From NCBI GenBank assembly GCA_022798335.1, contig JAAWMH010000017.1, forward strand, positions 10,407 to 74,406: 64,000 bases of DNA, in the 5' to 3' direction. A model generated the notes under the pieces. That model was not told the origin of the DNA, did not search any database, and worked only from the letters and a program-made list of their open reading frames with translations. Shown here piece after piece: positions 1 through 9,658 of the stretch. This DNA is from Clostridia bacterium (GTDB lineage Bacteria; Bacillota; Clostridia; TANB77; CAG-508). The position numbers were made by a program, and so were the translations under genes. Within the stretch, counting starts at the first letter, position 1. Every line of letters begins with the position of its first letter.

Positions 1-102
1 TTGAAATCAACCCGATATTCTCTTACTACTGTTATTTTGCAAATATCTTCGCTTTCCTTTACTTCAAAGCCAACTTTCTCTAAATCTTTTATTGTTGCCA
101 TT
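1..102 (-). CDS. hypothetical protein, N-terminal fragment (gene runs off the window start)
   Basis: ATG at 100-102 (complement) is preceded by AGGAGG (plus cctcct at 109-114). It reads MATIKDLEKVGFEVKESEDICKITVVREY.. to the window edge. No family recognised. Confidence 0.3.
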
Positions 103-151
103 GTTTTTCCTCCTAAAAAATTATTTTTACTAATTGCTGAAAACTTAAAAA

Positions 152-179
152 ATGAAAAACGGAGTAACTAGTTTTTCAT
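152..179 (-). terminator. rho-independent terminator downstream of the 262..781 gene
   Basis: 9-bp stem atgaaaaac/gtttttcat with a 10-nt loop, followed by a T-run in the minus-strand sense. Confidence 0.5.
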
Positions 180-261
180 TCTCTATTATATCATATTTAC
201 ATAATATTGTAAATATCTAAAACTTATCCTGTTCACATTCTTTCCACTTCTATCATTACAC

Positions 262-781
262 TTATTTATGCAATACTTGCAACACTTTTCCTACCATCAA
301 TACTATTTTATCACTTTCCTTCATAGCAATTGTTTTAAAATATGCTTTTCCTCCAACTGTTAGAGCTGAAATAAATGAAGTTACTAAAATACTTGCAAGT
401 AATGCATTCATTTGAAGTACTGTTACTAAATATACTGTTAGGCTAGCACCTAAGCCTCCGGCTTACAATACCACAAATATCTCCTACAATATCATTACAT
501 ATACTAGAAACTTTTGTATTATTTTTTAGTAAAGTAATACACGAAGCTGCTTCTTTTATTTTTTTAGTACTCATTGCATGAAAAGGCGCTTCTTCTGCTG
601 TTAATGTAGCAACACCAATCATATCAAATAATATACCAATTCCAATTACAATTAGGATAATAACGAATAAAATAATAACATTAAAATCTGATAAAAAGTT
701 AGATAGTCCGCTAAATATTGCAGACAAAATAAATGAAATAATAAATACTTGTACAATCCATCGGTCTTTCAACTGATTCAC
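262..781 (-). pseudogene. small 4-TM membrane protein (about 172 aa once the frame is restored), frame-disrupted as assembled
   Basis: ORF 443..781 ends ..GIVSRRLRC. Skipping one C at about 460 (agc[c]gga) continues ..GIVSGGLGASLTVYLVTVLQMNALLASILVTSFISALTVGGKAYFKTIAMKESDKIVLMVGKVLQVLHK to a stop at 262-264. Four hydrophobic segments. No confident family assignment. Confidence 0.6.
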
Positions 782-1270
782 TCTTTCTTTTTAAAGTTAA
801 AATTTATAATGATATGGTTCTCACAAATTAATTTTACGGCTTAGGTCGAGTTGAATTTCTCTATTTTCCACCTTAGGTTACCCACGGGCGATTTCTCTTT
901 AAGGAAAATAATTAAATGTTGCCATTTTAATGACTCGATTGCCACTTAGTCCGTACCTTAATCTTTGTGATATTAACACTCTAGAGGTTTTCCCTGACAC
1001 ATATAAAAATAATACTTATTCGCTTTTGCAATAATATTTTCAAACTAGAATACGTTATCCCATATTACCACTCACGGCATGTGCTTTATTTTTTCTTGCA
1101 ATTGATAAAAGGAGGTTCGTTATATGCCATTATAACTTTCCTTAAATCTAAAATTATATATCCACCCTCATCTGGGCGAAGAAAGCAGAATATATAAAGT
1201 GCTTTTCACACAATTGATAGATTTTTAGCCCTATCTTCATATTACTTATGCGACTAGAATAATGCACCAC
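782..1270 (-). ncRNA. candidate long structured 5' leader or ncRNA (class unassigned)
   Basis: About 490 nt with no credible ORF, between a consensus promoter (1278-1306) and the start codon at 781. Visibly more G+C than other intergenic DNA here. Contains two similar tcgccc..ggtgga modules (plus 1161-1180 and 867-891). Confidence 0.3.
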
Positions 1271-1277
1271 AAAATAT

Positions 1278-1306
1278 ATTATAGCAAGATTTCCTTTTTT
1301 TGTCAA
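1278..1306 (-). promoter_or_regulatory. sigma-A type promoter (perfect -35/-10)
   Basis: Minus-strand reading is TTGACA, a 17-nt spacer, then TATAAT (plus tgtcaa at 1301-1306, attata at 1278-1283). Confidence 0.7.
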
Positions 1307-1332
1307 AACATTTTTATCATTTTTTATGATTT

Positions 1333-1380
1333 TTATAAAAAGAACCTAAAAAGCTTAAAACTTAAGCTTCTTAGGTTCTT
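1333..1380 (-). terminator. rho-independent terminator after the 1385..1684 gene
   Basis: About 18-bp hairpin aagaacctaaaaagcttaa / ttaagcttcttaggttctt, followed by a T-run in the minus sense. Confidence 0.7.
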
Positions 1381-1384
1381 CGTT

Positions 1385-1684
1385 TTAACCTATTCGATAA
1401 AACTCCATCACTAGCACCCATGAGGAGTACTCATCATTGTCTTTTCTTTTAAGTTCACTACTTGAAAATTCCTCTGAAATACAGTCTAGAATCAGGCTTC
1501 TTCTGTTTATCCGACTATCTTGATTAGCATCTCTAAACTCTATTCTTAATTTAATTCCACATTCAATCTGTTTTACCGAAACCCTCTCATCTACTTTTAT
1601 TACTTCTAAATTCCGTAAATCTTCCACAAGTTGTGCGACTCTTCGTAATAATGTCATTTGTTTTTCTCCTTTTAATGATATCAT
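1385..1684 (-). CDS. hypothetical protein (99 aa)
   Basis: Intact ORF with AGGAGG upstream (plus cctcct at 1693-1698). No recognised motifs. Contains an in-frame CGG codon (plus ccg at 1511-1513). Confidence 0.6.
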   Translation of the reverse strand: MISLKGEKQMTLLRRVAQLVEDLRNLEVIKVDERVSVKQIECGIKLRIEFRDANQDSRINRRSLILDCISEEFSSSELKRKDNDEYSSWVLVMEFYRIG

Positions 1685-1898
1685 TTGTCTTTCCTCCTTA
1701 AATACTGTTTTAAGGTCATTTATTTGCGCTTCTTAGCACTTGCTAAACGCTTACTAAAATAGCTTTGCTAGCGATATTATAACACCCTTCTTAAATACAG
1801 TCAAATATCAAACAATTTTCCTGTACTATGTGTTGAAATTTTCTATCTTTTTTTAGCATTTTATGATATAATTTGCATGAAATAAAGGAGGAGAAATT

Positions 1899-3392
1899 TT
1901 GAAAAAAATTATTACTATTTGTGGCATTTTAACCTTAACTATTGTGCTTATTCTAAATTTAGTTTTAACTGCTAATTTAGATGCTAACGAACATATTACA
2001 ATTACTTTTAATAGTATTATTTACATTTTAGGACTTATTTGTATGAGTCTACTTTTATTTTTCGGAACTAAATTTTTAAACACGTTTTTATATAAAGAAG
2101 GAAAAGAAAAATTAAGAAAAACTTTGCTAATTATTTTTACTATAATTTATATTGTATTTCAAATTGTTTGGGTTATTGTTGTTAGAACTTATATTGTTGG
2201 AGATCAAACCCATGTAGCTAATTTAGCACAAGTCTTTTATAGTAGCAAAAATGAAACTCTTATGCAAGGAAATACATATGCAAATATTCCTTTAGTAGAT
2301 TATATGCAGGCTTATTCTCAGCAAATTCCTTTAGCATTTTTTTATAGCCTATTTTTTAGACTAATTCATTTTGATTTTATTGGTCTTTTAAGAATTATCA
2401 ATATCATTTGTAATGGTTTTACCGTTTTTGCACTGTATAAAATTGGTACTCAGCTTTCTAAAAAATATAGCATAAACAAAGTACGTTTATTTACCCTTAT
2501 TTTTACTTTTATTTCTTTGACTTTACTTTCTACTTTTGTTTATGGCGATATTCCTAGTATTTGTTTTTGCTTATTTTCTGTTTATTTTATGATGAAATAT
2601 ATAGAAACAAAACAAATTAAGCATGCTGTTTTTTCTGCTATTTTTATCATGATTGGTTATATGGTAAGGATGAACAGTTTAATTTTTATAATTGCTACTG
2701 TTATTTACTTACTACTAAATATATTTAAGGAATTTTTTAAAAAGAAGTGGAAGGAAAACTTATTAAGTGTTAGTATTGTTTTAGGTTATCTTATTATTGC
2801 TATTATTCCATCTTTGCTAATTAAAAATTATTATTTAGCAAAATATGATTTAGATAGTAGTAAATCTTACCCTACTATTAGCTATTTTCTAATGGCCATG
2901 GAAGAAGGTCCTAGGGCAAATGGTTGGTATATAGAAGATAGAGGTGTATATGCTCTTCAACATTCAGAAGATGCTAAAAATAAATACCCTGAAGAAATTA
3001 AAAATCGTTTTTCTTATTTTACTAAAAACCCTGGTTATGCTTTTCATTTTTACTTTGATAAAACGGCTTCTATGTGGACTGAAAATACTTATTCTGCCAT
3101 TCGCAATAATACAATTGGTGGTTATGATGCTTTAGAAGCTTTCATTTTACCTCTTACATTTTATCAAAAAGCCCTTCTTATTTTAATGACTTGCTGTATT
3201 TTAATTATTTTAGCACAAAACAGAAAAAACATTTCTTTAGAGATACTATTTTTGATTACTATTTTTATTGGTGGATTTGCTTTTCACTTACTTTGGGAGG
3301 CCAAATCAAGATACATTTTACCTTATATTGTAGTACTAATTCCCCTAGCTTCTATTACAATACATAAATTTAAGTTTTCGAAAAAACTTTAA
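1899..3392 (+). CDS. polytopic membrane glycosyltransferase, ArnT/PMT (GT39/GT83)-like
   Basis: 497 aa with more than 10 hydrophobic helices. Size and topology are typical of lipid-carrier-dependent glycosyltransferases. GGAGGAG RBS lies upstream. Confidence 0.5.
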   Translation: MKKIITICGILTLTIVLILNLVLTANLDANEHITITFNSIIYILGLICMSLLLFFGTKFLNTFLYKEGKEKLRKTLLIIFTIIYIVFQIVWVIVVRTYIVGDQTHVANLAQVFYSSKNETLMQGNTYANIPLVDYMQAYSQQIPLAFFYSLFFRLIHFDFIGLLRIINIICNGFTVFALYKIGTQLSKKYSINKVRLFTLIFTFISLTLLSTFVYGDIPSICFCLFSVYFMMKYIETKQIKHAVFSAIFIMIGYMVRMNSLIFIIATVIYLLLNIFKEFFKKKWKENLLSVSIVLGYLIIAIIPSLLIKNYYLAKYDLDSSKSYPTISYFLMAMEEGPRANGWYIEDRGVYALQHSEDAKNKYPEEIKNRFSYFTKNPGYAFHFYFDKTASMWTENTYSAIRNNTIGGYDALEAFILPLTFYQKALLILMTCCILIILAQNRKNISLEILFLITIFIGGFAFHLLWEAKSRYILPYIVVLIPLASITIHKFKFSKKL

Positions 3393-3400
3393 AAATAAAA

Positions 3401-3440
3401 AATCGCTTAAGTCAAAAATAAATTGCTGACTTAAGCGATT
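3401..3440. terminator. bidirectional terminator between convergent genes
   Basis: 14-bp perfect stem aatcgcttaagtca / tgacttaagcgatt, flanked by an A-run and a T-run. Confidence 0.7.
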
Positions 3441-3482
3441 TCTATAAAGTTATAATCTAGAATATAACTAAACTAATCTTAT

Positions 3483-4154
3483 CTATTTATCATTTGTACT
3501 ATCTCCATTTCCACTTACAGGTATTGTTTCTCCTAAATACTTAGGAGTTGGCTTAAAAATACTATTTATAAAATCTTTATCTCTTGCTGCTATTTCTCTT
3601 ACTTCTCTTAACGCTTGTCCTGCATATTCACGTGGATTTGATTTTACTCCATATGCTTCTAATCCTAATTGTTTTGCAATATATAAAGCCCTATATAAGT
3701 GATATTCTTGTGTAACAATAATTATTTTTTTTGCTTTAAAGATTTCTTTTGCCCTATAAATACTGTCATAAGTTGAAAAACCTGCATGGTCCATAAATAT
3801 ATTTTCTGAAGCTACTCCTCTTTCTATGGCAAAGTTCTTCATAACATTTACTTCATCATATTCTTCTTGTCCATGGTCTCCACTCATAATGATTTTATTT
3901 GATACACCCTTTTGGTATAAGCTAATTCCTTGCAATAATCTATCTTCTAGCATTGGGCTTGGAGTATTTCCCCAGATGCCTGCTCCTAAAACTAAAATAC
4001 AATCTACTTCTTGTAAATTTTTAGCTTCTTCTTCTGAAATTATTTTTCTTTTTGTGCTTCCTACTACAAAGAAGTTTATTCCTAATATAACTACTAAAAT
4101 AATAAATATCATGATAACTCCTATCCATAATATTCTTTTCCATTTTAAGTTCAT
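3483..4154 (-). CDS. SanA/YdcF (DUF218) family protein
   Basis: N-terminal TM segment followed by ILVLGAG..PSPMLEDRL..IIMSGDHG..EYDEVN..VTQEYHLYRALYIA, as in the DUF218 SanA-type family. Confidence 0.75.
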   Translation of the reverse strand: MNLKWKRILWIGVIMIFIILVVILGINFFVVGSTKRKIISEEEAKNLQEVDCILVLGAGIWGNTPSPMLEDRLLQGISLYQKGVSNKIIMSGDHGQEEYDEVNVMKNFAIERGVASENIFMDHAGFSTYDSIYRAKEIFKAKKIIIVTQEYHLYRALYIAKQLGLEAYGVKSNPREYAGQALREVREIAARDKDFINSIFKPTPKYLGETIPVSGNGDSTNDK

Positions 4155-4200
4155 TTTATTCCACCTTTTTCTTAGATAAAGAAACTGTGCTTATACAATA

Positions 4201-4236
4201 AAAAAGTGGGAAATGAGAGCTGTCCTCTTTTCCCGC
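4201..4236 (-). terminator. rho-independent terminator after the GT2 gene
   Basis: Minus-sense hairpin gcgggaaaagagg..ctctcatttcccac followed by TTTTT. Confidence 0.6.
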
Positions 4237-4263
4237 TTTTTTCTTCTCTTCTTTTTATCTTTA

Positions 4264-5520
4264 TTAATTTTCTATTTTTTCTACTTCTTTTTGTGCTACT
4301 TCATGGATTGCAATTTTTCTAATATGCTCAATTTTATCCCAACTTGTATCACGTTTAAATAAGCATTTAAAATTAATTAATATCCAAGAACCTAAAAATA
4401 ATGGGTAACACAACAATCCTTTTAACATTGGCTTAATTGGTCTTTTATCTAATAACATAATTAATACTGCTGTTCCAATTGGTAAGAAAAACGTTGGTAC
4501 TACATATCTTAATACATTAATGATTAATTCATTTGTAGTCATTCCTTGCCCTGCATACATAATAAAGTTAAATACTAATAAGGCAAGTGTTGCTATAAAC
4601 ATTGGTATACTTCCTATAATATACAAGAAGCCATCTACATTCATTACTGTTTTATGTTCTTTTACAGCCAATGCTAGTGGTTTTGTATATTCTTTCATAC
4701 ATTGTATATGTCCTACTGTCCATCTAGTTCTTTGTTTCCAGCTTTGTTTAAATCCTAAAGGTTGTTCATCATATACAATAGCACCAGTTGCCCAACCTAA
4801 TTTTTTACCTTTGATAATTCTTTTTATAGAAAATTCAATATCTTCTGTTAATGTTTGTGTATCCCAACCATCTGGCTTAACACAATCAAATTTTACCATA
4901 AAACCTGTACCATTAATAAGTGGAGATAGTCCTACATTATATCTTGCTAAGTGATAAAAACGGTTCATCGTCCAGTAAAAAATTGCATAACCTGCTGTTA
5001 TCCAGTTGTCTGTTGGATTTTTGATATCTCTATATCCTTGTACTACATCTTCACCTTGACAAAGTTTTTTATTCATATTTTTAATAAAATCTTTATCTAC
5101 AATATTATCTGCATCGAAGATACAAAAAGCATCATAAGGTGCATCTTCTTCTATTTTTTGCCTTAAAAACCAATCTAAAGCATATCCTTTTGTTTTTCTT
5201 TCTGAATCAAATCTTTGATATACAATAGCTCCTGCTTCTCTTGCAACTTCTGCAGTATTATCTGTACAATTATCTGCAATTACATAAATGTCTAAAAGTT
5301 CTTTTGGATAATTTTGCTTTTTTAAGCTCTCTATTAATTCTGCTACTACATTTTCTTCATTATGTGCTGGAATAATTGCCATAAATCTATGATTTTTATT
5401 GATTAGCAATGGTTTATCTTTTAGTTTTACTAATGAACATACACTAATTGCTAATTGATATAACCAGAATATTGTTATAATCCATACTAAAGCTTGTTGT
5501 ATGATATATAAATATTCCAT
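4264..5520 (-). CDS. membrane-embedded family 2 glycosyltransferase (processive, IcaA/PgaC/cellulose-synthase-like)
   Basis: IIPAHNEE, DADN and the QRTRW (QxxRW) motif, with flanking TM helices. Confidence 0.8.
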   Translation of the reverse strand: MEYLYIIQQALVWIITIFWLYQLAISVCSLVKLKDKPLLINKNHRFMAIIPAHNEENVVAELIESLKKQNYPKELLDIYVIADNCTDNTAEVAREAGAIVYQRFDSERKTKGYALDWFLRQKIEEDAPYDAFCIFDADNIVDKDFIKNMNKKLCQGEDVVQGYRDIKNPTDNWITAGYAIFYWTMNRFYHLARYNVGLSPLINGTGFMVKFDCVKPDGWDTQTLTEDIEFSIKRIIKGKKLGWATGAIVYDEQPLGFKQSWKQRTRWTVGHIQCMKEYTKPLALAVKEHKTVMNVDGFLYIIGSIPMFIATLALLVFNFIMYAGQGMTTNELIINVLRYVVPTFFLPIGTAVLIMLLDKRPIKPMLKGLLCYPLFLGSWILINFKCLFKRDTSWDKIEHIRKIAIHEVAQKEVEKIEN

Positions 5521-5659
5521 TTTCTTTCTCCTTTTTCTCTATCTTGCTTGTTTGATATATTTTATGCTCTCATTTCTAACATTATTAATTATACTATTGT
5601 CTTCCAATTTTTGCAACTTTTTCTTACGGATTTAAGTATTTCTTAAGAACTTTGCTATT

Positions 5660-7777
5660 TTACTCTTCATTTTCTTTTGCTTCTAAATCTTTCATATTTA
5701 GGTTAATTCTGCCTTGATGATCGATATCTGAAACTTTTACTGTAACTTCATCTCCAATGTTTAATACATCTTCTACTTTTTCTACTCTTTTACTAGAAAT
5801 TTTAGAAATGTGTAATAATCCCTCGTTTCCTCCACCTAAGTCAACAAATGCTCCAAATGACATGACTTTTGTTACTACTCCATTATAAATTCCACCTACT
5901 TCAATAATTTTAGCAATATCTAGAATCATGTCTAATGCTTTTTTGCCACTTTCGGTATCTGCACTATATACACATACTTTTCCATCATCTGATATATCTA
6001 TTTTAACTCCTGTTTCATCAATAATTTTATTAATCATTTTTCCGCCAGGTCCGATAACATCTTTAATTTTTTCTGTGCTAATTGTTGCTGTCATAATTCT
6101 TGGTGCATATTTGGAAATATCTTCTCTTGGTTTGCTAATTACTGGTAACATAATTTCGTCTAAAATATAATCTCTTGCAACTTTTGTTCTTTCAAATGCT
6201 TCTTTGATAATGTCATAAGTTAAACCATCTATTTTAATATCTACTTGTATTGCTGTAATTCCGTCTTTGGTTCCTCCTACTTTAAAGTCCATATCTCCAA
6301 AGAAATCTTCAATTCCTTGAATATCTGTAAGCATAATGTATTTGCTTGGATCGTTTTTATCTGTTACTAAACCTGTTGAAATACCTGCTACTGGTTTTTT
6401 AATTGGTACACCTGCATCCATTAGTGCTAATGTGCTTCCACAAATACTTGCTTGTGAAGTTGAACCATTTGAAGAAAGTACTTCTGATACTACACGAATG
6501 GCATATGGGAATTCATCTTCTGATGGTATTACTGGTACTAATGCTTTTTCAGCAAGCGCTCCATGTCCTACTTCTCTTCTTCCTGGTCCACGTGATGGTC
6601 TTGCTTCTCCTACACTATAAGATGGAAAATTATATTGATGCATATATCTTTTTGCTTCTTCTTCATCTAATCCATCTAGCATTTGTTCTTCACTTTTCAT
6701 TCCAAGTGTTACAATAGACATTACTTGTGTTTGCCCTCTGGTAAAAATGCCACTTCCGTGTACACGTGGAAGTAAACCTACTTCACAAGAAAGCGGTCTT
6801 ATTTCGTCTATTTTTCTACCATCTGGACGTTTATGTTCTTCTAAAATCATTTGTCTTACACATACTTTTTCTAAATCATGAATACTATCTGCTATGTCTC
6901 TTTTCTTTTCTTCTAATGCTTCTTCTCCATATTTTTCTAAGAAATAATTGTTAATATCTTCTGTAATTTTTTCAACATTAGCGTCTCTTACTGTTTTATC
7001 TACAGCTTGTACTTCTTTATACATTCTTTCTTTAAAGTTTATTTCGATTTCGTTATATACTTCTTTGTCTACTGCAAATGATTGATATTCAAATTTTGGC
7101 TTTCCTATTTCATTTTTAATATCTGTAATAAAATTACAGATTTTTTTAATCTCTTCATGTGCTGTTTTAATTGCTTCTAACATAATTTCGTTAGATATTT
7201 CATCTGCTCCTGCTTCTATCATTGTAATTTTTTCTAAAGTTCCTGCAACAGTAAGTGTCAATCTTGTTTTTTCTCTTTGTTCTAGAGTTGGATTAATGAT
7301 AATTTTATCATTTACATATCCTACATTTACTGCTGCTGTTGGTCCTCCAAATGGTATATCTGAAATAGATAGTGCACAAGACGCTCCTATCATAGCACAT
7401 ACTTCTGGGCTATTATCTGGTTCTACTGATAATACAGTTGCAACTACACAAGTATCATTTCTAAAATCTTTTGGAAATAATGGTCTTAATGGTCTATCTA
7501 TTGCCCTTGAAGTAAGAATTGCTTTATCTGCTGGTTTTCCTTCTCTTTTAGTAAAACTTCCTGGAATTTTTCCAACAGAATATAATTTTTCTTCATAGTC
7601 TACTGACAATGGGAAAAAGTCAATTCCTTCTTTTGGCTGTTTTGCTGCTGTAACATTTACCATTACAACGGTTTCTCCATAGCGTACCATTACGCTTCCA
7701 TTTGCAAGTTCTGCAATTTTTCCTGTTTCAATTGTTAGTTTTCTTCCTGCTAACTCGGTTTCGTAAGTTTTAAACAT
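5660..7777 (-). CDS. pnp: polynucleotide phosphorylase
   Basis: Two RNase PH domains plus KH and S1 domains over the full length. Start placed at MFKTYE, where AGGAAG precedes the ATG at 7777; the ORF track extends to 7819. Confidence 0.95.
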   Translation of the reverse strand: MFKTYETELAGRKLTIETGKIAELANGSVMVRYGETVVMVNVTAAKQPKEGIDFFPLSVDYEEKLYSVGKIPGSFTKREGKPADKAILTSRAIDRPLRPLFPKDFRNDTCVVATVLSVEPDNSPEVCAMIGASCALSISDIPFGGPTAAVNVGYVNDKIIINPTLEQREKTRLTLTVAGTLEKITMIEAGADEISNEIMLEAIKTAHEEIKKICNFITDIKNEIGKPKFEYQSFAVDKEVYNEIEINFKERMYKEVQAVDKTVRDANVEKITEDINNYFLEKYGEEALEEKKRDIADSIHDLEKVCVRQMILEEHKRPDGRKIDEIRPLSCEVGLLPRVHGSGIFTRGQTQVMSIVTLGMKSEEQMLDGLDEEEAKRYMHQYNFPSYSVGEARPSRGPGRREVGHGALAEKALVPVIPSEDEFPYAIRVVSEVLSSNGSTSQASICGSTLALMDAGVPIKKPVAGISTGLVTDKNDPSKYIMLTDIQGIEDFFGDMDFKVGGTKDGITAIQVDIKIDGLTYDIIKEAFERTKVARDYILDEIMLPVISKPREDISKYAPRIMTATISTEKIKDVIGPGGKMINKIIDETGVKIDISDDGKVCVYSADTESGKKALDMILDIAKIIEVGGIYNGVVTKVMSFGAFVDLGGGNEGLLHISKISSKRVEKVEDVLNIGDEVTVKVSDIDHQGRINLNMKDLEAKENEE

Positions 7778-7973
7778 AATTTTTCTTCCTTTCTTATTTC
7801 TTTTTTTATTTAAAAACAAAACCCAATTAGCGTAACCTCTATTATATGCTATTTTTTAACACATAATACAAGCTACTAACTAATTTTTAGGTCTTGTTTT
7901 AAAATAGCTTAATTTTAGTATTTGTTATTCTTATTTTAGTTATCCATGAAATTTTTTACTTAAATTTAACTTA

Positions 7974-8008
7974 TAAAATTGGACGTTTCGCTTTTTGCAA
8001 AACGTCCA
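7974..8008 (-). terminator. hairpin between rpsO and pnp (terminator/attenuator)
   Basis: Stem ggacgttt / aaacgtcc followed by a T-run in the minus sense. Confidence 0.65.
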
Positions 8009-8017
8009 AAATTATAT

Positions 8018-8281
8018 TTATTTTCTTAAACCTAATTTTTCAACGATGTCTCTATATCTTTGAACATCTTTTTTTGCTAAGTAGTTAAGTAAGTTTCTTC
8101 TTGAACCTACCATTTTAAGTAGTCCTCTTCTTGAATGGTTGTCTTTTACATGCACTTTTAAATGCTCTGTTAATTCATTAATTCTTTCGGTTAAAAGAGC
8201 TATTTGAACTTCTGGCGAACCAGTGTCGTTTTCTTCTCTTTTATAAGTATTAATGATTTCTTGTTTTCTTTCCTTTGTCAT
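8018..8281 (-). CDS. rpsO: 30S ribosomal protein S15
   Basis: 87 aa with [34 protein letters not shown]. Confidence 0.95.
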   Translation of the reverse strand: MTKERKQEIINTYKREENDTGSPEVQIALLTERINELTEHLKVHVKDNHSRRGLLKMVGSRRNLLNYLAKKDVQRYRDIVEKLGLRK

Positions 8282-8428
8282 TTTTAATTCCTCCTTTAAT
8301 TTTTATTTCACCTAGAACTGAGTCTAAGTGGAGTTTTGATTCTTAAACTAAGTAAAAGGTGCTAACTTAAAAATCTTAAGTTTTCAGTTAGTATACTATC
8401 ATATTTTCTTAAAAAAAGCAAGATTTTT

Positions 8429-9658
8429 TTAGTTTTTTATCCTTTTTATCGCCTCTATTGTATCTTTTTTACTGCCAAAGCCTGTTAGTCTAAAATACCC
8501 TTCTCCACTTAAACCAAATCCGCTTCCGTGGTGTTCCTACAATATTCTTTGTTTCTAATAGCTCATCAAAAAATTCCCACGAAGTTTTTCCTTTTGGTAT
8601 TTTTAGCCATATATAAGGGCTATTTTCTCCTCCATATACTTTAAAATCTGCTTTTTGTAGTCCTTTTTTTATCATTTTAGCATTTTCTAAATATGCTTTT
8701 ATATTTTGTTCTACTTGTCTTTTCCCTTCTTCTGAATATACTGCCTCTGCGCCTCTTTGTGTAACATAAGATACTCCATTAAATTTGCTACTACTTCTTC
8801 TATTCCATAAAGTATGAAGTGAAATTTTATCTTTTTCTTTGGTAAATCCTATTAGCTCTTTGGGAACTACTGTATAAGCACACCTTATACCTGTAAAACC
8901 CGCTGTTTTAGAAAAACTTCTAAATTCTATTGCTACTTCTTTTGCTCCTTCTATTTCATAAATAGAGTGTGGTATTTCTTTTTGTGTAATATAACTTTCA
9001 TATGCAGAATCAAACAAAATAATGCTTTTATGTTCTTTAGCATAGTCTACCCACTTTTGTAATTGCTGTTTCGTAAGTACTGTTCCGAGTTGGATTATTT
9101 GGATAGCATAAATAAATTACATCTACTTCTTGTTTTGGAAGTTCTGGTATAAAATTATTTTCACTATTACAAGATAAATACACTATATTTTCATATTTTC
9201 CTTCTTCTTTTATATAGTTTCCGGCTTCTTCCTGCCATTACATTGGTATCTAAGTAAACTGGATACACAGGGTCTGGAATTGCTACTTTATTGTCTAAGG
9301 CTAAAATATCGCTTATATTACTACAATCGCATTTTGCTCCATCTGAAATAAAAATTTCTTCCTTCGTTATAGCAATTCCCCTTTTTTGATAATCCTCTTT
9401 TGCTATTTTTTCTCTTAAAAATTCATATCCTTGCTCTGGACCATATCCTTTAAAAGTAGATGCTTCTTCCATTTGGCTACATGCTTTTTTCATAGCTTCT
9501 GTAACTGCTTTTGGAAGTGGTTTTGTTACATCTCCTATTCCTAAATTAATTATTTTTCCATTTGGATATTTTTCTTTATATTCTTCTACTTTTCTCCTTA
9601 CAGTAGAAAACAAATAATTATTTTGTAAATTTAAGAAATTTTCGTTTATTTTAATCAT
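8429..9658 (-). pseudogene. dapL: LL-diaminopimelate aminotransferase, broken by three 1-nt insertions as assembled
   Basis: Pieces at 9191..9658 and 8490..9017 plus the unlisted middle and C-terminal parts. Removing one C at about 9223, 9087 and 8528 gives a continuous protein ..[58 protein letters not shown].. and ..[36 protein letters not shown]. Confidence 0.85.

Noticed and set aside
782-1270. Assignment of the long leader to a specific class (T-box, tmRNA, RNase P, SRP RNA, M-box, B12, TPP, SAM, FMN or purine riboswitch)
   Set aside because: The two GGTGGA-containing modules lack the GGUGGUACCGCG T-box core. No GAGGAAAGUCC (RNase P) is present, and there is neither a tmRNA GGGG 5' end nor a UCCACCA 3' end. 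No other diagnostic core sequence could be matched by eye. It is kept only as an unclassified candidate.
1511-1513. CGG as an unassigned codon driving programmed +1 frameshifting at the 12 recurrent sites
   Set aside because: An in-frame CGG (Arg) occurs in the apparently intact 99-aa gene, where a +1 shift would hit an immediate stop. pnp contains several natural NNC-GGA junctions in the same nucleotide context that need no shift. A systematic sequence error is the simpler explanation, though recoding is not formally excluded.
5928-7598. Plus-strand ORFs of 60-104 aa inside pnp. Similar antisense ORFs occur inside most long minus-strand genes, for example 3826..4179, 4520..4954, 31212..31688, 50546..51016 and 59718..60107.
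   Set aside because: They lie antisense to clearly conserved genes. They have low-complexity S/L/F/I-rich translations typical of the reverse frame of AT-rich coding DNA, and they lack SD sequences.
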